Of a stretch of DNA of 64,000 bases, positions 1-8,508 are shown one piece after another. Position 1 is the stretch's first letter, and each line of letters begins with the position of its first letter. Made by a program: the position numbers and the translations under genes. The notes beneath the pieces were generated by a model that saw nothing but the letters and a program-made list of their open reading frames with translations, did not search any database and had not been told where the DNA came from. This DNA comes from an uncultured Actinomycetes bacterium (GTDB lineage Bacteria; Actinomycetota; Acidimicrobiia; Acidimicrobiales; RAAP-2), in the NCBI GenBank assembly GCA_903847955.1, contig CAINFA010000153.1, forward strand, positions 2,805 through 66,804, written 5' to 3'.

Positions 1-633
1 CGTCCAGCCCAGTTTCCGGCGGAGTCGAAACACCGTGAACTTGAGCCATTCCTCGGCATCGGGGAAGGGCACGTCCCACAGCAGGTCGACCAGGTGCTCG
101 ACGAGCACGGTGGTCCCAGTGTTGGTCACGAGCACGTCGAGGAGTTGGAACTCGAGCTCGGTCACCGCCACTACCCTCCCGTTCTGGATGACGGTGTGGG
201 CGCTGAAGTCGATCTCGAAGGACCCATCGACGAACCGGTCAGCGCCGGGGTGCTGCGCCGGGGTTCGGGTGCTCCGGCGCAGCAGGGCCACGAGCCGGGC
301 TCCGAGCTCACGGATGCCGAAGGGCTTGGTGAGGTAGTCGTCAGCCCCCGCTTCGAGCGCCCGCACCTTGTCGGACTCGCCATCGAGCGCGGTCAACATG
401 AGCACCGGGATGGTCGAGTGGGCCCGGATCCGTTCGAGCACCTCCCAGCCGTCCATGATGGGCAGTCCGATGTCGAGGACCACGAGGTCGAAGTGCTCCT
501 CGAGGCACAGCGTCAGGCCGCTGCGGCCGTCGCTGGCGTGGACGGGGTCGAGGTCGTTCTTCTTGGCGATGGCCACGATGGCATCGCCAATGGCCTCATC
601 GTCCTCGATGATCAAGATCCGGGGCAGGTTCAC
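1..633 (-). CDS. OmpR-family response regulator (receiver + winged-helix), C-terminus cut by the window edge
   Basis: Absent from the ORF track because it runs off the window edge. My reverse-complement translation from GTG at 633 reads VNLPRILIIEDDEAIGDAIVA...HFDLVVLDIGLPIMDGWEVLERIRA...MLTALDGESDKVRALEAGADDYLTKPFG, which is a receiver domain. A wHTH-like LTELEFQLLDVLV...FTVFRLRRKL follows. The GTG overlaps the kinase TGA (GTGA at 630-633). Confidence 0.8.
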   Translation of the reverse strand, partial: MNLPRILIIEDDEAIGDAIVAIAKKNDLDPVHASDGRSGLTLCLEEHFDLVVLDIGLPIMDGWEVLERIRAHSTIPVLMLTALDGESDKVRALEAGADDYLTKPFGIRELGARLVALLRRSTRTPAQHPGADRFVDGSFEIDFSAHTVIQNGRVVAVTELEFQLLDVLVTNTGTTVLVEHLVDLLWDVPFPDAEEWLKFTVFRLRRKLGWT

Positions 634-3600
634 GTGGCGGGCTCCGTGGTGGTGGCAACTGGCAACCGTACTGCAACCGTGGTGCCCTTCCCGACCTCAG
701 ACTCAATCCCGATGGACCCGCCGTGGTGACGGACGATGGCCTCGGTGATGGCCAAGCCCAGCCCCGTGCCTGGGATGACATCCCTCGTGGCGTTCGAGCC
801 TCGGTAGAACCTCGAGAAGATCTTCCCCTGCTCCTCGGCCGGGATGCCGATGCCAGTGTCGGTGACCGTCAGCACGACGTCGGTTCCCTCACTGGTGGCC
901 AGCACCTGCACGGTGCCCCCCCGAGGCGTGAACTTGATGGCGTTGGAGATCAAGTTGAAGGCCATGCGCTCGAGCTGCCGTTCGTCACCGAGCACTTGGG
1001 CAGGAGCGGACCGAACTTCGAAGTCGAGGTGGACGCCCTTGGCATCGACGCTCGGGAGCAGCGCCTCTTCCACCGACACCAAGAGGGGGTCGAGGTCGAG
1101 GTGGTGGAGCTCGACCTCCATGACCTCGGCGTTGAGGTGGCTCAAGGTGAGGACGTCCTCGATTAGGGCGGTCAGGCGCAAGGTGTTGCGCTCGATGACC
1201 TCGAGCATCCGTTCGGAGCCACCGAAGGTCTCGACCTCGCCTTCTCGCAGCAGTTCGACGTAGGCCCGGATCGAGGCGAGTGGGGTGCGCAGTTCATGGG
1301 AGAAGGTCGAGAGCATCTCGCTCCTCGTCCGATCGAGGTCTTGGAGTTCGAGCACCAGGTTCTGCTGGTCCTCGATGAGCTTGGCCGACACCACCGCCCT
1401 GCCGAAGTCCGCCGCCACGGTCTCGACCAACGCCACGTCGTCCTCGGTCCAGTGGTGCGCGGTGCCCTGGCGGGTGAGCGCGAAGACCCCCAGCAAAACG
1501 TCGTCACTTCGGAAGATCGGGCAGACGAAGAGCCCACCTACCCGGCCTCGTTGGACCTGCTCTTGGACCGCGGGATCGAGAGAGGAGAGCACCTGGGCCA
1601 CGTCAGAGATGATGAGCTCCTCGTGGCGCGTCGCCACGCCCTGGAGCATGTCAGTGAAGCTCTCGGGGATGCGCTCGAAGACGATGGTGCTGTGCTCGCC
1701 ACTCCGACGCCACAGGGTGCCGACCGCTTCTAGCCGGCCGGTTCGGTCGGCCAGCTGCACCATGACCTCGTCGACACCCAGGGTCTCCCCCAGTGCCCCG
1801 ATGGTGTCGCGCACCGCGGCGCCGAGGTCCGCTGGCGCGCCGCTTGAGACACCGATGCGAGTGGTCAACTCCCGCATGCGGTCCAGCAGCTCCCGACGAC
1901 GTCGCTGGGCCTCGCTCAGTCGGTCGAGCGCCGCCGAGAGCTCCTCGGTGCGTTCGTCGACCAGCTGCTCGAGGCCTTCGCGGTAGCGACCGAGCTCAGA
2001 AGCAGCTGCGTCGAGGGCTACCGCCGTGCGAGCTGCCTCGTGTTGCACCACGTTGAACGAGCGGGCCAGTTCGCCGAACTCATCTCGAGACCGCACCGAG
2101 ATCTCTCGAACTTCGATGTTGGCGCGCGCATCGCGCAAGTTTCCCGCTGCCAACGCCTCCATGGCCAAGGTGAGATCGAGCAGGGTGCCGTCCGCCAAGT
2201 TGCGCGCCGCCCCGGTGACCTCGGTCGCGGTGTGGGCGATCATCCCCGGCAGCACGAGGCCCACGGAGATGGTGAGCAAGGCGACGGCGACGAAGACATC
2301 CTTCAAGATCGCCACGAGGGCCACGTTGTCCGTGGGCACGTGGCTGACGGCCACGAGGTAGCCCACGGAGTCCAGGCTGATCACGAGCAACATGGCGCCG
2401 GTGAGCTTGAGGTGGATGGACCGCTTGGGGCCTCTCGTCCCGGCTCGGCGGTGGTCGGCTGACTTCCTCCAGGCGTACAGCAGCGACCCTGAGTAGGCCA
2501 GTCCCAGGCCGAAGATGATGAAGGGCAGACCGTAGGACTCGAAGCCGAAGACGGTGGCAGCGAGCCACCCGACGGCCGCCAGCACGCCGAGGTTGATGCT
2601 CCAACGGTGCGCCCGGTAGGGACGCTCCCGCAGTGGCTCATTGCGCCGCAGGATGTAGACCGCCACCGACGGCAAGGCGATGCCGATGAGGTAGGTCAGG
2701 TTGGCCGCCGCCACCACTGAGGTCGGATCCCCAAAGGCCAAGAAGGCGATCGAGGCACCGGCCGTGACGGCGATCGCCACCATGGGGGCGTCGGTCTTGG
2801 GGTGCCGGTAGCCGAAGGTGCGAGGCAGCAGGCCGTCTTCGGAGAGCTGCGACAGCGTCCGCGATGCCCCCGAGAGTGGCTGAATGGTGCCGGCGAACAT
2901 GTTGAACGCGATGAACCAGATCCCAGCCGCCTTGGCGAAGGATCCGAACAGCGGGGCGAAGGTCGGGCCGAGCAGGGTGAACAGGTCACCTTGGAGCGCG
3001 GTCTCGCCGAAGACGCCGAGCCAGACCACCGGAATGATCACGAAGTAGATCGAGGCCAACGCACCACTGGTCCACATCGCCTTGGGCTGGTCACTCGCCG
3101 GATTGCGCATCTCGCCGATGTGGCACGCGGCGGCCTCGAAGGCCGGCGCACCAAATCCCACAAGGTAGATCCCTGCCATGGCGCTGGTGAACTTCCCGAA
3201 GGTGCCGTGGAACGGGGAGATCAGGTGGAACGATGACGCCTGCCGCCAGTCCACGTGCCCGGTGAGGATCGGGATGAGCGAAGTCCCGAGCGCCAAGGTG
3301 GCCGCGATGATGGCAATGGGCACCGCCGCGCGCACCGCCCACCGCAGCCCGCACATGTTGAGCCCGGTGAAGGCCAGCACGAGCAGGGTCGCGAGCCAGC
3401 GAATCGAGACGTGTGGGAGGTACCACTGCTGGATCGCACTGGCCGAGAAGATGGCCGTGAGCCCACAGGTGGGGACCCATCCCCACCAGTAGCAGACCCC
3501 GGTGAGGTTGGCGAGGACGGCGCTGTAGGGACGGAAGGCCTCCGCACAGGTGGCGGCGATGCCGCCCACGCGGTTGGGGAACATGCACGACAGTTCGATC

Positions 3601-3818
3601 CACCCCGGCGTCGCCATGTAGGAGAGCAAGAGGCCCACCATGAGCAATGGCACGGCCATCGAGCCTTGGCTCGCCAGCAGGCCGCCAGCGCCGCCGATCA
3701 GGAAGATTGACTGGTTCGAGCCTCCCAAGGCCAGCGCCGTCGCACCCTTCCACGAGATGCGCCGGGGGTGGGGACGAAAGGTCTGCTCACTCTCGAGGAC
3801 CTCTGTGGCCGTGGTCAA
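630..3818 (-). CDS. Hybrid sensor histidine kinase: APC-type permease-like 12-TM domain + HAMP + GAF + HisKA + HATPase_c
   Basis: 1062-aa ORF. The N-terminal ~470 aa are polytopic and permease-like (ALALGGSNQSIFLIGG, GWIELSCMFPNRVGGIAAT). Then come a HAMP-like SRDEFGELARSFNVV, a coiled coil, a GAF-like block, the H-box FSHELRTPLASIRAYVELL, and N/G boxes LISNAIKFTP and DTGIGIP...GTGLGLAI. The start is TTG at 3818 with GGGAG 5 nt upstream. Confidence 0.85.
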   Translation of the reverse strand: MTTATEVLESEQTFRPHPRRISWKGATALALGGSNQSIFLIGGAGGLLASQGSMAVPLLMVGLLLSYMATPGWIELSCMFPNRVGGIAATCAEAFRPYSAVLANLTGVCYWWGWVPTCGLTAIFSASAIQQWYLPHVSIRWLATLLVLAFTGLNMCGLRWAVRAAVPIAIIAATLALGTSLIPILTGHVDWRQASSFHLISPFHGTFGKFTSAMAGIYLVGFGAPAFEAAACHIGEMRNPASDQPKAMWTSGALASIYFVIIPVVWLGVFGETALQGDLFTLLGPTFAPLFGSFAKAAGIWFIAFNMFAGTIQPLSGASRTLSQLSEDGLLPRTFGYRHPKTDAPMVAIAVTAGASIAFLAFGDPTSVVAAANLTYLIGIALPSVAVYILRRNEPLRERPYRAHRWSINLGVLAAVGWLAATVFGFESYGLPFIIFGLGLAYSGSLLYAWRKSADHRRAGTRGPKRSIHLKLTGAMLLVISLDSVGYLVAVSHVPTDNVALVAILKDVFVAVALLTISVGLVLPGMIAHTATEVTGAARNLADGTLLDLTLAMEALAAGNLRDARANIEVREISVRSRDEFGELARSFNVVQHEAARTAVALDAAASELGRYREGLEQLVDERTEELSAALDRLSEAQRRRRELLDRMRELTTRIGVSSGAPADLGAAVRDTIGALGETLGVDEVMVQLADRTGRLEAVGTLWRRSGEHSTIVFERIPESFTDMLQGVATRHEELIISDVAQVLSSLDPAVQEQVQRGRVGGLFVCPIFRSDDVLLGVFALTRQGTAHHWTEDDVALVETVAADFGRAVVSAKLIEDQQNLVLELQDLDRTRSEMLSTFSHELRTPLASIRAYVELLREGEVETFGGSERMLEVIERNTLRLTALIEDVLTLSHLNAEVMEVELHHLDLDPLLVSVEEALLPSVDAKGVHLDFEVRSAPAQVLGDERQLERMAFNLISNAIKFTPRGGTVQVLATSEGTDVVLTVTDTGIGIPAEEQGKIFSRFYRGSNATRDVIPGTGLGLAITEAIVRHHGGSIGIESEVGKGTTVAVRLPVATTTEPAT

Positions 3819-3930
3819 TCTGCTCCCATTTCTCCGTCAGTCCCCAACGAGCGCAGGTGGTGCCGGCAGCAGTTTTCCACACCACCCAGGCCGCGGCCAA
3901 CACCACCGGACCCCTCATGGGGTGTCGATC

Positions 3931-4947
3931 TCACGAGATGTGCTTGAGGATGACGCCACTCGTGGCATCGATCTCAACCACGCTGGGTCCGCCCGTGTTG
4001 GCGACCCAGAGGTGGGTTGCGTCGAGCGACATCGCCGCTGGCTGGTTGAAGGTACGCGCCGTGCCGAGCACCTTGAGCACGGCACCGGTTGAAGCTGCGA
4101 GCATGGCCACCCGATCATCGCCGTCATCGGCGACGAAGACCCGGGTGGGGCTGCTGGCGATCGCTTGAGGGGCATCGATGCCGGCGGAGAGCACCCTCAC
4201 CACGGCGCCATTGGAGGCGTCGATCTCGGTGACGGTGCTGGTCTGGCGATTCGCCACCCACACGTGCTGGGCATCGCACGACACGGCCCGAGGATCCTCG
4301 AAGCGACCCGCTGCTGCATCGACGGGACCGAGGTACGCGTTGGTGGCGGTCGAGAGCATCGCGACAGCGTTGAGCTCAGAGGAGACGACGTAGAGCCGTC
4401 CCTTGGTGACGCAGAGCGCGTCGGGATTCAAGAACCCGCTGGAGGGACCCATCAGGGTCGCCACCACCTCACCGGTGGTGGTGTCGAGCTCGAGGATCTT
4501 GTCGTCATCGGTGTTGACCACGTAGAGGTGGTGACCGCTCAACGCCATCGCTCCTGGGTTGGAGAATCCGGCGTCCTCACCGCCGGTGAAGCTGACCTTG
4601 CGGTGGGAGGAGCCTTGGTCGTAGGCGTCGACGGTGTCGTTCGCGTTCGAGACGTAGGCGTCGGTGGGGCTGACCACCACGCCGTTGGATGCCGGCAGGG
4701 CGAACACGTTCTCGGCGATGGTCGCCGCCACGGTCCCCGTCGCAGCATCGATGCGCACCAAGGTGTTGTTGTCCCGGTTCACCACCCAGACGTTGGCGCC
4801 GTTCGAGGAGATCGCCGATGGAGCGTCGATGCTGACCGGCCGCGGCGCACTAAGAGGTTGGCTGCTGGTTGGCCACAGTGCGAGCGCCCCAACCGCGGCG
4901 AGGAGCAGGACCCCTGCGAGGACGGCTGCGATGACCTTCCGCCTCAT
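3931..4947 (-). CDS. Secreted NHL/YVTN-like beta-propeller repeat protein
   Basis: The listed ORF (to 5241) is over-extended. ATG at 4947 gives MRRKVIAAVLAGVLLLAAVGALALWP, a signal or anchor sequence. Repeats follow of the type NGANVWVVNRDNNTLVRID, HHLYVVNTDDDKILELD, QHVWVANRQTSTVTEID and THLWVANTGGPSVVEID. The start overlaps the upstream stop (ATGA at 4944-4947). Confidence 0.7.
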   Translation of the reverse strand: MRRKVIAAVLAGVLLLAAVGALALWPTSSQPLSAPRPVSIDAPSAISSNGANVWVVNRDNNTLVRIDAATGTVAATIAENVFALPASNGVVVSPTDAYVSNANDTVDAYDQGSSHRKVSFTGGEDAGFSNPGAMALSGHHLYVVNTDDDKILELDTTTGEVVATLMGPSSGFLNPDALCVTKGRLYVVSSELNAVAMLSTATNAYLGPVDAAAGRFEDPRAVSCDAQHVWVANRQTSTVTEIDASNGAVVRVLSAGIDAPQAIASSPTRVFVADDGDDRVAMLAASTGAVLKVLGTARTFNQPAAMSLDATHLWVANTGGPSVVEIDATSGVILKHIS

Positions 4948-6464
4948 GCGTCGAGCCCCTGGGCACCACGTGCATCGGCACGAGCGGCACCGAGGACCAC
5001 GCCGAGTGCACAGCACACCCCGAGCACCACGACGACGAACCCCCACGCCTCGTGCGCCCGATGCAGCTGGTGCACGACGGCGTGCGTGCCAGGCAAGGCC
5101 ACCATGGACAGCACGAGCACGCCTGGGACCACGGCTGCTCGAGCGCGCGCACCCAAGACTGGCGCCAACGTCACGAGCGGCCAGCAGAAGTACCACGGTT
5201 GCACCACAGGACTCGCGAGCACCACGACGAGGAACGACCACCCGATGCTCGACAGCACCGGCCGACGGCTTCGGGTAATGAACAAGGCAACGAGCGCTCC
5301 CGCTCCACCAATTGCTGCAACCGTCCGTCCGAGCACCACCGAGGCGCCATGGTCGAGGCCCAAGAGCTGCACGAGGTCACCGAGCCAGGTGCTCGGCGCC
5401 AGGAAGGAGGAGACTGCCGAGGGCGCACCGAGGCTCGTCACGGCCCCGGTGCCGAACCCCCCGAGCACGGAGAATCCCACGAGCAGGACGAAGACGATGC
5501 CGATCGCACGAGCGAGGCGACCAACCCTGCGCGGGAGGGGCTCACTGGCCGTTCCGGTACTCGGCGAATCGAGCGCCGCTCGCTCCCACGAGAGGTACGT
5601 GAGCGCGAGGGCTGCGGGGAGCTTCACGCAGGCAGCTACCGCTACCACAACGATCCCCGACCAGTACCTCCGGGTGATGCACAGCGCCATTCCGGCGACC
5701 ATGAGCCCAACCATGAGGGCATCGTTGTGGAGTCCACCCACGAGGTCGAGCACCACCAAGGGGTTGAGCACGCCGAGGACGAGGACCGGCGAGACCGGGC
5801 GGCCGAGGTGCTGCGCGATCCGCAGCAGCCCAAAGGCCATGAGCGCCACCCCTGCGATGGCGATGAGGCGAAGCTCGATGAGCTCAGCGCCGATCGAGCC
5901 TCGGGCGAGCCACGCCAGCAGATGGTCGAGCTCGAAGAACAACGGACCGTAGGGAGCGGGTGCCCGGCGCCAGTAGCCAGAGACCAAGGTGACGATTGGA
6001 GCGCTGCCCAAACTGGCCGGACCGAGCCGATACGGATTCAGGTGCGCCAGCAGCATCTGGCCTTGCGCCACGTAGGAGTAGGCGTCATCGCTCAACAGGG
6101 GTGGGCCAAGCACCACGGGGCACGCCCAAGCCAGCCCGAGGCCGAGCACCGTGGAGGGTGGCTCACCGGGCCAGCGATCGGCTGTCCGCAGCGCCAGCAC
6201 CCAGGAGCCTCCGAGGAGCACGAGACCAGCGAGACCCACCGCGAGCGCAACCCACAGTGCCAGCCCTCCTCCCGTTGCCGCGCCGAAGTACCACGCTCCC
6301 ACCTGGGACGAGGCCAGGAGCGATGGGTGGAGGCATCCAGACGCCACGATGAGCAACGAGCCGAAGGAACCGAGCCCAAGCGGCACGAGCCACCGAGAGA
6401 GGCGGGTTGAAGTTCCCGTCCTGGTGCCGAGGACGCCGGCGACCGGAGCACTGGGGTTCGGCAA
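4944..6464 (-). CDS. Polytopic GT-C-type glycosyltransferase, MptB/DUF2029-like (polyprenyl-phosphate-sugar dependent)
   Basis: Multi-TM 506-aa ORF with the loop motif LLSDDAYSYVAQGQMLLAHLNPY...APYGPLF, which I recognise from mycobacterial/corynebacterial MptA/MptB-type mannosyltransferases. The start codon is uncertain (TTG at 6464). Confidence 0.55.
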   Translation of the reverse strand: MPNPSAPVAGVLGTRTGTSTRLSRWLVPLGLGSFGSLLIVASGCLHPSLLASSQVGAWYFGAATGGGLALWVALAVGLAGLVLLGGSWVLALRTADRWPGEPPSTVLGLGLAWACPVVLGPPLLSDDAYSYVAQGQMLLAHLNPYRLGPASLGSAPIVTLVSGYWRRAPAPYGPLFFELDHLLAWLARGSIGAELIELRLIAIAGVALMAFGLLRIAQHLGRPVSPVLVLGVLNPLVVLDLVGGLHNDALMVGLMVAGMALCITRRYWSGIVVVAVAACVKLPAALALTYLSWERAALDSPSTGTASEPLPRRVGRLARAIGIVFVLLVGFSVLGGFGTGAVTSLGAPSAVSSFLAPSTWLGDLVQLLGLDHGASVVLGRTVAAIGGAGALVALFITRSRRPVLSSIGWSFLVVVLASPVVQPWYFCWPLVTLAPVLGARARAAVVPGVLVLSMVALPGTHAVVHQLHRAHEAWGFVVVVLGVCCALGVVLGAARADARGAQGLDA

Positions 6465-6526
6465 CGTTGCCCTCCTCGAGAAGATCGCGCAGCGCAGCCA
6501 CAGGCGTCCCAGCCGCTCCGCCGAAT

Positions 6527-7483
6527 CTAGTCGGCACGCTCCCCTCGTCCGGGGTCAACGAGGTCGAGGCGTCGGATCCTCGGTCGCTCTTCGGCTCGAA
6601 TCAGGACCTCACGCCCGAGGACCGCACGGGCCCGTTGCACCACCGCTCCGACCTCTTCGAGAGGTTGGAGGTTGAGCGTCACGCCCAGTGCCACCGGAAG
6701 GCTGATCGCCACGGGACCGAAGATCATCTCGACGTCGAAGGCAGCCCTGATCGTCTCTTCGAGTCGGACGGCGCCATCGACGACGCCCTCGGCCACGAAG
6801 ATGACCTCTCCGGGCTCTGCGCGGTGCGCTGCGGCTACCCCCTTGAGCTTGGACACTCGGTAGGCAGAGCGCTCGGTGAACTCGGCAATCGTCGCACGAC
6901 CAAGCTGCAGGGCGAGGTGGTCGATACCCAAGATCTTGAGGACACCGACGGCGACGGAGCCGGCCGGGGGCAAGACGCCCAGCGCCGCGGCCACCTCATC
7001 GTCGAACTGTGCACGCTCATGGAGGTCAGCCCCACCCGCCAAGATCGGTCGGCCGCCCACCAGGCTCCACCCCACCGACGGCATGACCCACGACGTCATC
7101 AAGAACTGATCGCTGCCTGGGATCCGTTGCAGCGAGATCCGGAAGGACTCCAGGTCAGCGAGGTCGGCACGAGCCACATCGATCGAGAACGGGCCGTCAG
7201 CGCCTTCGGCGATCGCATCGAGTGCCCCGAGGAGTTCGTCGAAGCCTCCTGAGGGCACCTCGAGCGTGGCGCGCACCATCTCGCGGTAGCTCGCCCCTGG
7301 AGCCACCATCTCCCGGGGAAACCCAATCCGTTCGAAGTGGGCGAACCACGCGGCGTTGACCGAGACGATCACGGCTTGACGCGACATCACCATCGCGTGG
7401 GCTTGCAGCGCGTCGAGCGCTGCAGGATCGATGCGCACTGGGTCCGCCCTCACCGACCCAACCCCGCCGTTTCGGCGCGACAC
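6527..7483 (-). CDS. PAS-like + degenerate GGDEF-like domain protein (paralogue 1)
   Basis: The N-terminus LDALQAHAMVMSRQAVIVSVNAAWFAHF is PAS-like. The C-terminal alpha/beta block has AHRAEPGEVIFVA where RxGGDEF would sit. GTG at 7483 is preceded by GAGGAG, 17 nt after the stop of the upstream paralogue. Confidence 0.55.
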   Translation of the reverse strand: MSRRNGGVGSVRADPVRIDPAALDALQAHAMVMSRQAVIVSVNAAWFAHFERIGFPREMVAPGASYREMVRATLEVPSGGFDELLGALDAIAEGADGPFSIDVARADLADLESFRISLQRIPGSDQFLMTSWVMPSVGWSLVGGRPILAGGADLHERAQFDDEVAAALGVLPPAGSVAVGVLKILGIDHLALQLGRATIAEFTERSAYRVSKLKGVAAAHRAEPGEVIFVAEGVVDGAVRLEETIRAAFDVEMIFGPVAISLPVALGVTLNLQPLEEVGAVVQRARAVLGREVLIRAEERPRIRRLDLVDPGRGERAD

Positions 7484-7500
7484 CTGACCGCTCCTCGCAT

Positions 7501-8415
7501 CTAGAACCGAACCTCTTGGCCGAGTCGACGAATCGTCGGGTGGAGATTGTCGGCGTCTGCTCGCGCGTCGTCCATCGCGACCCTGGCGCGAGCCCGGAGC
7601 GCCGCCGGCGTCTCGAAGGTGGTGACGTTCACCGCAACCCCGACGCTCGCCACCATGTGCACAGCGAAGACGCCGACCACCATGTCGACGTCGAAGACCG
7701 CATCGAGGAGGGCCTTGAAGGCCACACCGCCGTCTGGGAGGTTCCCAGCCAGCACGCCAATCTCGTAGGGCCCAAGCCGAGCTGCTGCCAGGACCTCACC
7801 TGCCGACCCGCCACCGAGGGACTGCAGACGCATGCACACTCGCTCCACCATCTCCAACGCCAGCGAAGGCCCGAGCAGGGTGGAGACGCGGTCGAAGTCG
7901 ACGAGACCAATCGATGCCATCGCCACCGTCCCAGGTGCAGGCGCCCGTCGGTAGACCTCTGCGACCGCTTGGTCCCAATCCTCAACCCGCTCGAGCGGGG
8001 CCGAGTTCTGCGCTTGCACCGCTGGCACGGACCACGTCGTGACGAGGAACGTCTCGCCTCCGGGAATCGCCGAGATCGACACCCTCCAAGCCTCACGGTC
8101 GACGGCGAAGATGCTGGCGCAGTCGACCACCCACGGTCCCTCACCTCCCTGTCTGAGCTCAGTGAGCACCTCGAGGACCCTCGCCGCACCATCGATGCCC
8201 TGCTCGATGCCGAACTCCGTCAGCTCGACGTAGCTGCCACCAACTGCCCAGAGATCAGCACCGGGCAGGAGGAGTCCGAAGTGGGCGTCCCAGACGGCGT
8301 TGGTGGCGACGATGGTGCACTGCCGATCGATCACGATGGCCTGACCTTGGAGCGCGTCGAACACGAGCGGCGGGAGGCCGTCGTGCGCAGTCACCGAGGT
8401 CACCTCGGTGAGCAT
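7501..8415 (-). CDS. PAS-like + degenerate GGDEF-like domain protein (paralogue 2)
   Basis: Same architecture as 6527..7483: FDALQGQAIVIDRQCTIVATNAVWDAHF ... AARLGPYEIGVLA in place of RxGGDEF. I prefer ATG at 8415 (GAGGTG 6 nt upstream) over the ORF-track start at 8487. Confidence 0.55.
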   Translation of the reverse strand: MLTEVTSVTAHDGLPPLVFDALQGQAIVIDRQCTIVATNAVWDAHFGLLLPGADLWAVGGSYVELTEFGIEQGIDGAARVLEVLTELRQGGEGPWVVDCASIFAVDREAWRVSISAIPGGETFLVTTWSVPAVQAQNSAPLERVEDWDQAVAEVYRRAPAPGTVAMASIGLVDFDRVSTLLGPSLALEMVERVCMRLQSLGGGSAGEVLAAARLGPYEIGVLAGNLPDGGVAFKALLDAVFDVDMVVGVFAVHMVASVGVAVNVTTFETPAALRARARVAMDDARADADNLHPTIRRLGQEVRF

Positions 8416-8508
8416 GGTGCACCTCGCGGCGTGATGCAAGGCTGAGGTCGTGTTGCTCGACTCGCACCATGGTCGAGCGCGCACCAAGGCGGAGGTACCA
8501 GAGGTGCC

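Noticed and set aside
94-729. 211-aa plus-strand ORF at the window start
   Set aside because: It is antisense to a clear OmpR-type response regulator. The translation is Gly/Arg/Val/His-rich with no motifs, which is typical of shadow ORFs in high-G+C DNA.
4948-5241. N-terminal extensions of track ORFs (3931..5241, 37766..38728, 39868..41259, 52229..54613, 58273..59418, 19119..20348, 11179..12177, 10562..11266)
   Set aside because: The extensions overlap the neighbouring gene and are Arg/Pro-rich. Internal starts give signal peptides, SD sequences or family-typical N-termini, so I trimmed the genes to the internal starts.
4165-5952. 595-aa plus-strand ORF, with similar long antisense ORFs at 9790..10749, 16377..18035, 25320..26768, 28083..29855, 29666..30727, 46749..48467, 52197..53360, 55704..57005, 57002..58159 and 60950..61930
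   Set aside because: Each lies opposite a gene with strong family motifs (for example sdhA, sdhB, guaA, pcrA). Their translations are Arg/Gly/Pro/His-rich low-information sequences. I treat them as non-coding shadows.
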